Positions 39,894 to 55,130 of a DNA stretch of 64,000 nt are shown here, piece after piece (position 1 is the first letter of the stretch; each line of letters opens with the position of its first letter). Below the pieces are notes generated by a model. It worked only from the letters and a program-made list of their open reading frames with translations. It did not search any database and was not told where the DNA came from. Made by a program: the position numbers and the translations under genes. Source of the stretch: Azolla caroliniana (Eukaryota > Plantae > Polypodiophyta); contig JBHGNT010000002.1 in the NCBI GenBank assembly GCA_043228905.1, forward strand, positions 6,634,001-6,698,000, read 5' to 3'.

Positions 39894-39940
39894 CACACAC
39901 ATCTCTTCTACTGCACAGAATCATATCCGATTCTTTTACA
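39433..39940 (+). repeat. 3' LTR of copia B
   Basis: TGTTGAGAATC..CTTTTACA, preceded by the PPT and followed by the TSD CCTCC. Confidence 0.93.
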
Positions 39941-39945
39941 CCTCC

Positions 39946-40530
39946 TCCTCTGAGTTTATGTTGAGGTCGATTGTAAACGATTCAGATGGAGTCGGCTCAA
40001 GTTTGTACCATGATGTTGATTTGTCAACGGCCACGTCCTGACTCAATGAACTTTTCGAGTAGAGAGGTTAAAGCATTTGTATCCCTTTTGCTCAAGTGAG
40101 TACCCCATGAGGATACACTTTTCTGATTTCGGATCAAGCTTTTGCCGCTTTTCATTGGGAATGTGTACGAATGCAATTGAGCGGAATATTCTGACGTGGG
40201 ATAAGTTCGACTACTTTCCATAATACTTATCGTGACGTGTAACCTCATGCACACCGGATGTCATATATCGGTCCATGAGGTAAACGTCAAATATTTGTTG
40301 CTTTAGCCTAGTATGATTTTGGCATGTGGTTCTCGTTCAACATGGCCCTTGCTACCTCGAGGATGTGCCGATTCTTCCATTGGCTACACTGTTCTGTTGC
40401 AGTGTATGTCGGCAAATGAATTCTCGCCGAATTCATTCTTTTTGGAGGTATGGAGTGAAGGCATCAGAGAAGTGTTCTTTACCTCCATCTGACCGGAGAC
40501 ATTGTACATGCTGGCCAGTTGTCTTTTTTA
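39946..40530 (-). mobile_element. Remainder of host copia A (integrase), 5' part missing
   Basis: The minus strand reads CLRSDGGKEH.. through STSWYKLEPTPSESFTIDLNINSEE and joins the sequence left of 10834. Confidence 0.85.
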
Positions 40531-41365
40531 CTCGCATGAACAGAAGGGGTACAAGTGCTACAACCCCCGGACCAAATAGGTGCAAGTGAGCCAAGATGTC
40601 ATATTTGATGAGCTAGTGTCCTCATATTCTCTTCCATTTCCAACTTCTGACAACTCCGTTTCGATTACTGAGTATGAGGCCAGTGAGGCCGAGATGATTC
40701 TGGAAGAAGAAGAAGAAGAAGATATCGGCACTCTAGAAGAGAGTTCGATTTCATTCCGGTTGAGTGGCCCAAATGAAGAGTTGAGTCGGAATGACCAACA
40801 AAATCAAGAGCCGGTAAGTAGTGAAGATTCGGTCGTGCACTCCCTGCCCCCATAAGGAACCGAGGAAGCGGTATACGCGCAAAGAGAAGGGGAAGATGAA
40901 GATGCCAGAGTACGACATAGAAAGAGGAGCATCGAATCAGGGAGAATTTGACTCCAGCAAGAGTGAAAAGGAACCTCAAGAGTTGAGGTCCGATGCGGCC
41001 AAGATGGCCCTGAAATCGGCAAATGAGAAGTTACGCCGATCAACTCGCCAAAAGAACCCGGTGATCCGGTACGGATATAATGAATAGATGTGCATCATTA
41101 TGCGTACATGATGAAAGTGGCTAAAGTCCGCGAGTTGGAGAGCTAGGTGGAGGCATCACAAGATGCCAAATGACAATCAACAATGGAGGAAGAAATGTAG
41201 GCACTAGCTGCCAACAAGACACGGGACTTGGTTGACCCTCCCCAACACTGCAAGCCGATTAGGTGCAAATGGGTGTACAAGGTAAAGTACATCCTTGAAG
41301 GCTCGATCAACCGATACAAGGCCCGATTGGTGGCCAAGGGATACGCGCACACCCATGACATCGAT
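40531..41365 (+). mobile_element. Separate copia fragment (INT C-terminus to RT start) in the opposite orientation
   Basis: EQKGYKCYNP, LRRSTRQKNPVIRYGYNE and [19 protein letters not shown]. Confidence 0.85.
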
Positions 41366-41767
41366 ATTGCCAACCTATCTCCCTCCCTCTTGTACTCTTG
41401 TCCCAACATTTAAATGGAAAAGAGTATGTAGAAGAAGCGGGGAGGAGAAGATTGGAACATGATTGTCGGGTCGGAATAGAGAATTAAAAAGTGGCGAAAA
41501 TGCAAGCCTTATGGAATGAATGGCTTCGAGCTATGATTGAGGCCTAATATATAATTAGCGATTACCTTTAAATACGTTAGAACAAGAGAATGTCCACATT
41601 CTAATCATCAAGTATGTAAGTTGACTTTGACTATTCGTGAGAAGTTGACTTTAAACCTCATGGCTTGACTTTTGGAAGTACAAGTAGCTGCAGATATGAT
41701 AATGACCAGAAACCATTGATTTCCTACACACACACATATAAATATACAGAAGATAATAGATCTGATC

Positions 41768-42729
<962 letters not shown>

Positions 42730-45700
42730 TGTAGAAATCGACAACTATACAAATAGAGATTGAGAGAGAGATCACACATACACAAAATTGTTCTATATTA
42801 ATTGTGTGTGTTACATTAGCCCAAATGGCTTCTTTGTAGAGACGATGAACAAAAAGTTATGTCTCTTCAAATGAAGAGTTTTCTCTAAAGTATAATAATA
42901 GAAATAACTTTTCGTAATAATAAATAAATATTATATTTAGATTAAATATTTCCACACCCCCCCTTAAGCTAAATATTATTTTATTCAAAAGTATTGTCGT
43001 TCGACGAATAGTTTGGCATTGTTAGACCAATCTTTCGGCAACAAGCGATATGCTTTGTTTGAGGTACTGGCTTTGTTAGAAAATCGGCCCACATTAGTGT
43101 TGTGGACGCATACTTCAAATCTAGCTTCTTCTCTTCGATTAAGTCTCGTAGAAAGTGATGCTTGAAAGAGACATGTCGAATATTATCACTCATTTTTGGA
43201 TTACAAGCTAACTTGATACATGATTGATTATCACAATGAAGGATTAGCTTTGAGGTTTTAAACAAGTTAAGTTCTTCAAGTATGGAATGAATCCATATTC
43301 CTTCTTTAGCAGCGAGTGCGGTAGCTACATATTCGGCTTCCGTTGAAGATAATGCAACCGTTGTTTGCTTCTTAGACCTCCATGCTATAGCGGCTCCGGC
43401 GAGACAATATACGAAGCCACTTGTTGACTTACGACCATCAACATCCCCCCCCCAATCCGAGTCCGTCCATCCAGATAATTGTGATGGATTGGTTCATCCT
43501 TCAAGGTTCATGTTGATGGACTCGGATTGCGATCTGGAGTAAGTTAACACCATATCTTTCGTTCGTTTTAGATAACGTAGTAGTCGTTTTAATGCTTGCC
43601 AATGTTTCGGTCCAGGATCCTGCATAAATCTCGAAAGAATTCCAGCGGTGAAACATAAATCGGGACGTGTACAACTAACAAGGTAGCGTATACATCCAAG
43701 AATTTGCTTGTAAGGAACATTGAGCATCTCATCTCGCTCTTTGATAGTTCGAGGAGCATCTTCGATTGATAATTTGCATGGAGTTGACATGGGTGTCGAG
43801 ATAGGCTTGCAATGTAGCATGTCAAAACGTTTTAATACACTTTCAATGTATTGAGTTTGGGAAAGAGAAATGGTTCCTTTGGCACGATCTCTTTGTAGGT
43901 TCATTCCAAGGAAATACTTCATTGGACCAAGGTCAGTTATTGGAAAAGCTTGTTGAAGTTCCTTCTTCGCAAGTTGTAGATACGCGAGTGAGTTGGCAAG
44001 TAGAGGTAAGTCATCGACATAAACACCGATTATGATGAAATTATTCTTAGCTCTTTTAATATATACATTTGGTTCATTCTTTAGTCGTTTATATCCATTC
44101 TTAGTTAGAAAATTATGAAGTCGATGATACCAAACTCGTGGAGATTGTCGTAGACCGTATAAGGATCGATGTAGGCGACATACAGCATTTGGTTGAGTTG
44201 AATCTTCAAAATGTGGTGGTTGTTGCATATAGATCTCTTCTTCAAGTTCTCCATGAAGGAAAGCGGTTTGAACATCTAAGTGATGAAGTTCCAAATCAAG
44301 TTCGACGGCGAGAGAGACGAATATGCGAAATGTGATACTTCGCAATGTAGGGCTAAATGTATCTTTGAAGTCGATTCCAGGTATTTGCGAAAAACCACGA
44401 GCTACGAGACGAGCTTTGAAACGTATAATATTTCCAGTAGCATCGGTCTTCTTCCGAAGAACCCACTTACAACTAACAATTTGTCGATCAGGTGGTGGAT
44501 CGACAAGGCTCCAAGTTTTGTTCTTTAATAAGGCTGTCATCTCTTCTTCCATGGCTGCTCTCCATTTAGGGCCATCGGTACCAGACAACGCTTCGCGAAC
44601 GGTAATAATTAATTCATTTGCGGTATCTGGTTCTTCTTCAACTATGAGAGCGTTCATATCGAGGTCCACAAAGTGTGCCTCGAATTGGTCAAGTTCCTTA
44701 TAGATATCGGACAAGGAGCGCGTACGACGAGGTGGTGAGTCGTTATCATATGAGTTTGGATAGTCTTGCGAGGATTGTGATTGTGAGTTAATTGAAACAT
44801 CACTAGTGATGTCGGGTGAGTGAAGATGAAATGGCGGAATGATTTGAGAGGTTTGAGGGCTTTCAAGAGTATTTTGAATAGAATTCGAGAAATTAGATAA
44901 AGAGATTGGTAAAGTGGTAGATGTATGTAAGCGTGGTGAAGATAAGGTTGATGTAGAGGATGTGTTTGTGAGGTCATCATAATGTGTAGAGTTAGATGGT
45001 GTGAAAACACTATCAAGATGTGGGTTAATATAGTTAGTTTGTTTAGGTTGGGTATTTCTTTTATATTGGTTGGTTACATTTAAAGATGCATTTTTTATTT
45101 TACTTTTATTTTTATTAACTTTAAATTTAAATATTGGCTTTTTATGTAGACTGAGTCGAACGGGAGGAGTTCTTGGAGGAGAGGAGATGGGAGGAGATGC
45201 AAGGGGTCGATGTGAAGGAGAGATTGGAGGAGGTGCAAGCGGTGGAGGTAGTGGCTGATCAACGTGAATAAGAGTGCGAGGGATTACCACATAACGATCG
45301 ACAGCATCGAGGACTTCATCAAAGTGAGAGGCAACGTTGATATTGGCGGCTTTTCTTGATCGATTGTTGGCGGCGATAGTAGCGGCATCAACATTCTTCG
45401 CTCGATGGCCAGTGGGTATTCTCTTTGAAGGGCGGCAATTATCATCATCACTGTTGTGTTGGTGGCAAAGGGCGGCATCGACGGCGGTGCTGTTTTGGAG
45501 GCGGCGGTTGGCAGCAATAAAGATGTTTTGTTGGCGGGAGGCGGCGGCGGTAGTGTTGGTTGGGAGGCGGCGGTCGTCAGAACCAGAGATGTTTTCTTGG
45601 CGGAGGGAGGCGACGGTGGCGGTGCTGTTTGGGAGGCGGCGATAGTCTGCAACCGCCATGTCCTTTTGGCGGGAGATGTCGATGGCATCGGTGGCGGCGG

Positions 45701-48539
45701 CACTGTTTGGAGGGCAGCAATTATCATCAGCAACACTGCTGTTTGGGCAACAAAACGTGGCGGCGGTGGTGGTGGCGGCGACGGCGGTGTTTGCAGGGCG
45801 GCGAACAGTGGCGGCATCATCTTTTGACTGTTTGGCTCCTTCACGAGTATTAATTTTAGGGTTATGCGTTGGTGTCGTGGATTCAAGAAATGGTGACTCA
45901 TCAAATTTGACGGTACGACTATAAAAGAACGTGTTCTTGCTTGGATCGAATAAACGGTAAGCCTTGTAGCCGTTTGCATCTCCGTACCCAACAAAGATCG
46001 CTTTTCTTGCTCGTTGTTCTAACTTGGATCGTTTTTCAGTAGGGACGAAGGCGTATGCAAGGCAACCAAAAATTTTGAGATCTTGCATATTTGGTTTTAC
46101 TCCAAACCATAACTCGTATGGTGTGATTAACCCAAGTGTTCGATGATAGTTGCGATTTTGGAGATAGCATGATGTTGCGACGGCTTCTTCCCAAAATGAG
46201 GGTGAAAGTGACGCTAGATTCAACATGCTCCGGGCCGAATTAAGGAGTGTTCGATTCTTGCGTTCGGCTAGACCATTTTGTTGTGGTGTTGAAGGAACAG
46301 AAATTCGTTGTAAAATTCCATGGTCTTTACAAAATTTTGTAAACTTGTTAGATGTATATTCTCCTCCCCCATCAGATTGTAGACATTTCAATTGTAGATT
46401 TAGTTGCTTTTCTGTTAGTGATTTGTAATTTGTAAAAGCAATGAACGCTTGGTCTTTGCTTTTGAGAAATGTTAGTATTGTAAACCTTGTATAATCATCG
46501 ATGAAACTAATGAAATATTTTGATTTTAAAAGTGATTGAGTTGGGAATGGACCGCATATGTCACTATGGACGAGTTCAAGAGGTCGACTTCTTCGTGAGT
46601 TACTTGTAGGAAACTTTGATGATGCCATTTTGCCGAACAAGCATGCCTCACATAAGTCGATTTTGCAAAACATATCCTTTGGGACTCCTTGAGCGAGCTT
46701 GTGAGTTTGGAGTGTTCGCATAGCAGCAAGGTGTGGATGTCCAAGTCGGTAATGCCAAAGTAGAGTGAGTTCTTGTTGTCTTTCGATTTCGGTTGTGTGA
46801 ACTTCGATTGTTGATTGGGTTGTTGGATGTACACTAATGGGATATAACCCTCCTTGTCTTTTGCAAGAAGTTCGTATTGTGAGACCATTTGGTAGAAGGT
46901 GACGAATCACGGCTTGGTTATGATGGAACTCGATGATGGTTCCATTCGAAGTTGCTTGACTTATCGAGAGAAGGTTCTTGGTGATACCAGGTACGTGGTA
47001 CACATCATTGATCATGAAGTTTCCTCCTCCGGTGAGATGAAATGTAAGTTGGCCTTTGCCTAATGCTTGTTTTACTCCATTATTTCCAAATCTAACAGTT
47101 ATTGGATTTTGTAGGGGTGTGTACCTTTGAAGCCAATCCGATCGATGTGTAAGATGATTTGTTGCTCCGGTGTCGAGATACCATTTGTCGTCCTTCTTTG
47201 TTGGTATGTCTGCGACAAGTGCTTCAGCTACGAAAGCTTGCATCAAGTCACTGTAACCTTCTTCTTCATATTCATTCTTTTCTTCCATCGAGGCGGCATA
47301 GACCTCTTCTTCTTCTTCTTCTTCTTCTTCATTTCTCTCTTCCTCAAATTCCTCGACAATGTGCGCTTGTGGTCGGCGAATATTGCTTGGGAAATCTCCG
47401 AATCTTTTATTTTGCCTTACATTCTTGTGGTGTGTGGCCTGGCCTTTTGCAAATGTTGCAATAAGACCTAGTGAACTTCATTCCTCCTTTCGTCATCGGT
47501 GCATTAGTCCATTGACTCTTGAAACTCTTGTATCTTGGTTGTGATTTGAAATGAGGTCGATAGGCTGCCATAGCGATTGCTTGTGTTGATGTGTTTTCTT
47601 CTCTTGTCTTTCTCATCGAGTCTTCTTGCCTTATGTCTCCCATGAGATCTTCCACGGTAGCTTTTTTATTTAAATTTTGTGTAGTCACAAAAGATGACCA
47701 TGAAGAGGGTAAAGCACCTAGTAATAAACATCTTTGTAGTTTGTCGGAAATGTCCAAGCCAGATGTAATTGTATCATCCAGTTTCTTTTCCCAAGTGGTT
47801 AGAAAATTATCTACATCATCTTCTTCTTTCATTGTAAATGTGACATATGCACGTAGTGTGTGCACTTGTGCTGCATCCGTTTGTGGTTCATATTGTGTCT
47901 TTAATTTCTCCCAAATTTGATGCGAAGTTTGTAGCTTTTTGACCGCTTCTCCTTGAACATCTGATATATGTGCTAATAATTCCATTTTTGCTACAAGATC
48001 TTTCTCTTCCCAAATAACTTGATCGGGTCCGGGGGTATCAGGTTTTAGTGATGATCCTGACACTACATTCCAAAGTTTGTAGTGTTGAAATAATAATTCG
48101 AGTCGAGCACTCCAAATGCGATAATTTTGCTTTGATAACTTTACTAATGAAAGTTTATGTGTGTTGAGAATGTTGGCGGGAGATGAGGATTGTGCCATTT
48201 TTATAGAAGAGGGCTATCCGGCTTAGCGCTCGTCTTGATGACAAATCGATCAATGCTCCTAGGATTCTCTAGTCTTATTTGATAGATGCGGAAATCTATA
48301 AATCTGATACCATGTAGAAATCGGCAACTATACAAATAGAGATTTAGAGAGAGATCACACATACACAAAATTGTTCTATATTAATTGTATGTGTTACATT
48401 AGCCCAAATGGCTTCTTTGTAGAGACGATGAACAAAAAGTTATGTCTCTTCAAATGAAGAGTTTTCTCTAAAGTATAATAATAGAAATAACTTTTCGTAA
48501 TAATAAATAAATATTATATTTAGATTAAATATTTCCACA
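42730..48539 (-). mobile_element. Near-intact Ty1/copia element C
   Basis: 227-bp LTRs lie at 42730-42956 and 48313-48539 with three visible differences. The PBS TGGTATCAGA is at 48303-48312 and a G-run PPT is next to 42957. Confidence 0.97.
42981..48198 (-). pseudogene. Copia C gag-pol polyprotein with one frameshift (about 47410) and one stop (43494)
   Basis: Gag CNICKRPGHTPQEC, PR WYLDTGAT, INT LWHYRLGH/LVHSDICGP/QSDGGGEY/PQQNGLAER, RT YVDD and RNaseH HCDNQS..WADFLTK. Confidence 0.95.
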
Positions 48540-49549
<1,010 letters not shown>

Positions 49550-51869
49550 AGTCCCATAACCCCTTTGGATGCAGCTTCAAAGTATTTAACACTCAAAATA
49601 ATTGATATTTGTACCACAATGAAGCTCAGAATAAGTTTTAATACATCCTCCTAACATTAATAATGCACTATTGTAATATTTGCATGAAATTTCAAGTTGT
49701 GGCAATAGCCAGAGCTTTAAATCGCCAAATAAGCCATCTTCATTGAACAATGATGTGGAGATAGAAAATGATTCATCAATAAAAATTTCATCTCTTCTTG
49801 AGCTACTAGTCCAGAAGATCTAGAAAGTTAATATGCTCTTTTTTTCTATTTGTTTCTTACCCCCGTTCATGTATTTACTTTCAAAAGCTTAGAACAAGAT
49901 AAAGGTGACATCATCAAGGTATAGCAAAAAGGTTTAGTATTCAATTGGACTGATGGTTAAGGGAATTTGTTTTAGGAGAGCCTTAATTGTATCTTAATAT
50001 CCATTTTGCTTTGCATCCAAGAGCCCAAATAGAAGGGAGACAATCAAACTATTCACAATCAGAGTATACAAAGGGTTACCAAGATGAATGTGAGTATACA
50101 AAAGCAAATGAGAGTGGTTGTCTTGGGAAAAGTCAGAGCAAGGAAGCGAAGCTTTCTTGCATGTATTTTAGGGGAAATGTGAAAGCTTCAAGGAATGTTG
50201 AGATATCACTAGTATTTAGAGTTGTAATGTTTCCTTTGAGATATCACAAGTATTTAGAGTTGTAATGAAGATTACAAGGCAGACATATGGGTTGAAGAAT
50301 TGATACATAAGATCATTATAACATATTTCAGGGCACATAGAAGCACATATGAATGGTAATGAAAAAACCTGAGGTTGTAGATGGAACTTCAAAGGGGAGA
50401 AGAAGGATATTAATAAGGAACTATGGTATAATTTCGTTATAGAGATATTTTTAGTGTCCATAGAGGTCAAAATCGACAACTTTCATAGGCATACATGTAA
50501 TGATAGATGCAACTGCAAATCCATCAAACAAATATATAGATACATGCAAAAGGTAAATTACAATTTAAAAGTTTTAGCAATTTTCTTTGTCATGCCGTTG
50601 TGCGACACATTTACCGACGTCTTTACTAGCGCAATAGAACACGTGGCCAATGTTGTCATTAACTGTGCCGCACATCAACAATAGATAGTGATCTAGGCTA
50701 AAGCCCTATTATTTATTGAGTAAAGAAAAACTTAGAAAAATTATTACCCAACAAAAAGGAGAAAAGAAATATTAATAAAAAAAAACTTAAAATTAAAATG
50801 ACACAACCATTAATTCAATCGTGTCTTGGCCTCATTACCCAACAAAATAGAGAAAAAAACATTGATAGTGATGCCAAAATAGATGTGTCGTCTCAAGGTC
50901 ACACTACCGAGAGCATGTCTATTGATCAATGGAGTTCTACCTCCATGTTGATGTAATAAGCCAAGGGATTCAAAAAACTATATACCCTATTAGTAACGAA
51001 TTGGGCAAGAGTAGTGGTTAATCATTCATGAGCCATTAGTTCTACAACCCTAACTTTGTGAATTCTCTTACTCACACTTCGTCGCATTAACCCTCATTAA
51101 GTGGCTAAGGAAGCATTAAGACTAACTTAAAGAGAAAACATACACACATAAAGACAAAGGTGCACAATATGTACACTAATTTCAACTATGTCTCGATTAA
51201 TACAAGAGCTTGTAAGGAGTGTTTAAGGTATAGCTAAATAGCACTTAGCCTTTTTCACTCAACTCTCTTAAGTAAAAGATTAAGAAATGAGAGGGAGAGA
51301 GGCCAAGATTAAGCTACATAAAGATATAAAAAGAAGAAGAAGAAGAAGAAGAAGAAGAAGAGCTACAAAAGTAGGCATAAGTGACTTGTATAACGTTCTA
51401 CAATGAGGTTTGACGCCTTTCACATTGGCGTGGCTAGTTGATCTAGGACTTGAACAGAGTTTTTCTTTATTCTCCTTTTCTTTAATATTTGCCCGAGTTC
51501 AGTGCCAATTCCAACATCAATGTCTTCTTGGATTGTATCACGTATGACAGGTACTTCACACCAATCAGTTGGAAGGTGTATGCGATTCAATGGTTCTTGG
51601 AAGTACCATCTTTTGTGCCATTCCATTAATGGAAATCAATTTCATTGATGGAGGATACATCCACGTAGTCCTTAGCTGATTCTTCATTGCTATACATCCT
51701 TTTTTTAATGCTTTCCAATCTTACCATTGATGGTAATATTGTGATGTAACAGCTTGGTTTGTCTAGAGAACAAATAATGATGCTAACATTCACAATGATT
51801 CGTTCATATTTTTCCATGCCTCGATAGAAAACCTTGAGAAGAGCATGCAAGTTTGGGATCAATTTGTAT

Positions 51870-52365
51870 TGGCCTTGGGGTTGCATATAAATTGGAGAAA
51901 GTCTTGTTTGATGTCTTGTATTGAGGCCAATTTAGAAAGTTTGGGATGATATGGATGAATGATTAATAAAGATACGATTTTCCAACATTAAGGGTATCCA
52001 ATGCTAGTTGATTTCATAAGTTTTCATTTAATTGAGTATATTTGCACTAAGTTGAAGAAACAAGTTATGATGCATTGGAAGCCTCAATAATGGTCATTTC
52101 ATATGTAGACTCAAAGTGGGGAATGTATTCTGGAACCCATGATTCTATATATTGTTCACAATTGCATTGTTGGACTGAGAGATTGTTACATGAAAGATGT
52201 TACAACCTCTTCAATTTATGTATGAAGGTGTTGTTTTCGAGAGTGTTAAGCCTGTCCTTTCGTTTACCTTTAAGAGGAGAGAGTCGACATGTATCTAGCC
52301 CATGTTTCTTTTATATTGTTCAATTGGAAGACAAAATATGCATCGATTCATTCAATGCCCTATAG
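51870..52365 (+). mobile_element. Highly decayed LINE RT remnant
   Basis: LHINWRKS and GYP-like motifs resemble the post-RT region of L1 ORF2. Confidence 0.4.
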
Positions 52366-52383
52366 CAAATGCTATTTGAAATA

Positions 52384-52514
52384 TGTTGAGAATCAAACTC
52401 AACTTCCCTAGTGTGGGAACACACCTTAGCATATTCAAGTGCGTGAACACCACATATTTAGTGTAGTTAAGTCTCCATCTCTCTTTAGTAAGTGGTGGTT
52501 GTATAGAAAGAAGG
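52384..52514 (+). repeat. 5' half of a copia LTR interrupted by the LINE
   Basis: It starts TGTTGAGAATCAAA and ends gtatAGAAAGAAGG. The other half begins at 19158. Confidence 0.85.
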
Positions 52515-53544
52515 AGTCTCTTTTGAGTTTTTCATGAGATCGAAGGAGAAATGCAACAAATAGGAAAGGAACAGGTCGCGTATGGCGCGAACAGTGCGAC
52601 CACAGCAACAAGTGATCCAAGCACGGGCAGGAGGTCGACTGCGGACCAACCGATTACTTCATCAACGGCTGGACTGCATACGCGAGCAGGGGAGTCCAGT
52701 GCACCCCCCCAACTTTCGCCTCATCTGAGTGATGAGACAGTCAACCTAGTGTTATCAGAGGCGGATAGGGCCACAGTTTTGGGCGAGGTACAAAGGTTGG
52801 AGGCTTGCTCCTTGGTAGTGCAGGTACATGGTTTGTGATTAAATCGATCGGAACTTCGGCATACTCTGTACGCGGCTTTCTCGGAGGAAGCCGATAACAT
52901 CCTCGATATTCAATTCATGTCTCGAAGATGTTACCATGTGGAATTTGCAAGCGAGGAGCTAGTCACAAGGTTACTAACAATTAAGGAGGCGGGTGTGGAA
53001 GGTCGAGATTGTCAGAACCGATGTCCGAATGAAGAAGTACATTCAACTACTCGACCAAATGTTAAGAATGAGGGCTGGAAGTGGAAAAGGTGGTGGTGAT
53101 TAGTCAAGTGCATGACGGTTTCTCCCTCCCAGTTTTCACAAAGGAGCATCGGGTGGAAATGATTCGCATGACACATTCTCGAAGGTATAAAATGTAGAAT
53201 TTGTTTCTAAGGTTAACAATAAATTTAGTAACGATAAACAATTGTTTTTAGAGCAAGTACAACAAGTTGATAGATCCGTACCTTTGGAAGAGCTTAAAAA
53301 AATGAAGTTGTCACGGTTGACCATACACATGCTGACATGAATTGTGGCAATATAGTTTCTTTTACTATAGTTGCTAAGTCGTCCGATAGGTTTTCTATAA
53401 TAGATAAACATATGCCAGTGCGTGCACATAAGTTGACTGGGAAAGACATCTGGTCAAATAAGAGACAATTACGGCCCTCGAAGGATGGAAGGTGTCATGA
53501 TAACACTCACATCATGCATCAAAAGGATCATGACAGTCACATTA

Positions 53545-53584
53545 TGACTCGAAAGGATTTGAACCCACGACCTTGTTGTACACA
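53545..53584 (-). other. tRNA B-box-like motif, possible SINE head
   Basis: The minus strand reads AGGTCGTGGGTTCAAATCC. No complete cloverleaf is present. Confidence 0.35.
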
Positions 53585-55130
53585 TGTCAAATCCTTAATT
53601 ATTGTATTAATATTCTTATATGTATAATCTCTAGAATATGAAATTTAATATCATAGGAATATTCTATATTACTCTACATTCTAGAATGACCTAGAATATT
53701 CTAGAGTGTTCTATACCACTAGAACCTTCTAGAATACTCTAGAGATCTTTTAGATTACTCTACATTCTAGGATAACCTAGAATATTCTAGAGTGTTCTCT
53801 ATTACTTATAAATAAGGATCTACCACCCATCCCAAACCTAAATTGGTTCAACGCCATTTTGTAGCCTACTCTTTGTAATCCATTTTACGCTTCAATATAA
53901 TAATTCTCTTTCTATCTCTTTTCCTCTCTTTCTCTCTCTCAGTCTTGACAGTTTGAACCAATTTTTTCCTTTCATCTCTTTGTCTTCCACAAATTCTAAC
54001 AAGTTCTCTTCTTCCTTCTCCTCTCCTCTCGTAAGCTATGGAGTCCGTGAGCAAACAAGAATACATGCGTGTTCTTTCTGAGCTCGACATGCTCACGAAT
54101 AAATTTGTGGCATTAGAGCATGAGAATCAAAGGCTAGTTGGAGATCTACAACACGTGAGTGCCGAAGAAGCTCAACAATATGAAGAGTTATCACAGCGGG
54201 TTCATCAACTCGAGGTGACTATATTGTCATTATGTGAGCAAGCGTCGGGGGCTTAGAACTCCCCTAGAGAGCCAAAGATCAGCCTCCCTGCCAAGTTTGA
54301 TGGTACGAGGTCTTTATTTCGAGGCTTTTTGAATCAAGTTCGTCTAGTTATTCAGCTACATCCCAATCGGTATCCAACTGATGCTACTCATGTGGGATTA
54401 GTGGGAACTTTGCTATGCGGTACGACGTTAGCTTGGTTCGCACCACTTCTCGAGAAGAAATCACCATTGTTGGAGGATTTCGAGGCATTTGTTAAAGAGT
54501 TTCAAGCTAGTTTCGGAGACACCGACAACACTAGGACAACAATAAACAAGATTCGAAGGCTCCGACAAGGAGATCGTCCCGCGTCGTCTTATGCAGCCGA
54601 TTTCCGTCTCTTGGCATGCGATATCCCTTGGGATGAGGCAGCTTTAATGGATCAATTCCGTCAAGGTTTGAGAAATGATGTCAAAGATCTTCTTCTTTCC
54701 CTAATGATCCGCAGTCACTTACAGAAGCCATTAGTCGAGCTGTGCGATGTGATAATCGCCTATTTGAGCGACATTCTGAGCGCCAACAAATGTTACGCCG
54801 CCAACCTGAGCAGACTTACGCTTCCGTAGTCACAACGCCTCCACAAGTTTCTAGACCCATTACAAGGGATGGCCCAACTCCGATGGAAATAGAGTCAACA
54901 CAACGTCGTGGGCCGTTATCAGATGCTGAGAAGCAACGACGTCGAGCGCATCGCCTCTGCCTGTATTGTGGCGGTCCAAGACATATAGCTGTAAATTGTC
55001 CACATAAACCTAGGCGTCAAGTATACCAAGTAAGTGCCCATGAAAACCCTACATCGAGTGGTACAAGTAGGGAATGAGATATTGGACTTAGAAAAGATTT
55101 CAACTGATTTTAATTATCACAATATTTCAT
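53585..55130 (+). mobile_element. Truncated Tf1/Tcn1-like gypsy: 5' LTR plus gag
   Basis: The LTR at 53585-53950 runs TGTCAA..TTGACA with TATAAATA at 53807. Gag at 54038-55077 has PREPKISLPAKFDG, QFRQGL, DGPTPMEI and CLYCGGPRHIAVNC. There is no tRNA PBS. Confidence 0.88.

Larger units (their letters stand above)
10835..39940 (+). mobile_element. Copia element B, stretched to 29 kb by later rearrangement
   Basis: Matching LTRs at 10835-11345 and 39433-39940, PBS, PPT GAGGGGGCA before 39433, and a 5-bp TSD CCTCC (10830-10834 / 39941-39945). Both flanks belong to the same host copia A frame. Confidence 0.88.

Noticed and set aside
10835-39940. Retrotransposon that transduced two peroxidase genes
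   Set aside because: The genes retain introns, copia internal sequence is duplicated, and the split LINE TSD favours DNA-level tandem duplication after insertion.
47400-47415. Programmed frameshift between copia C gag and pol
   Set aside because: Removing one A from the A-run restores a single ORF, the normal copia layout. A mutation or sequencing error is more likely.
51420-51886. Two adjacent minus-strand ORFs
   Set aside because: They are short, have no motif I recognise, and lie among decayed TE sequence.
53545-53584. tRNA gene
   Set aside because: Only a T-loop/B-box-like motif is present, with no acceptor stem or D-arm.
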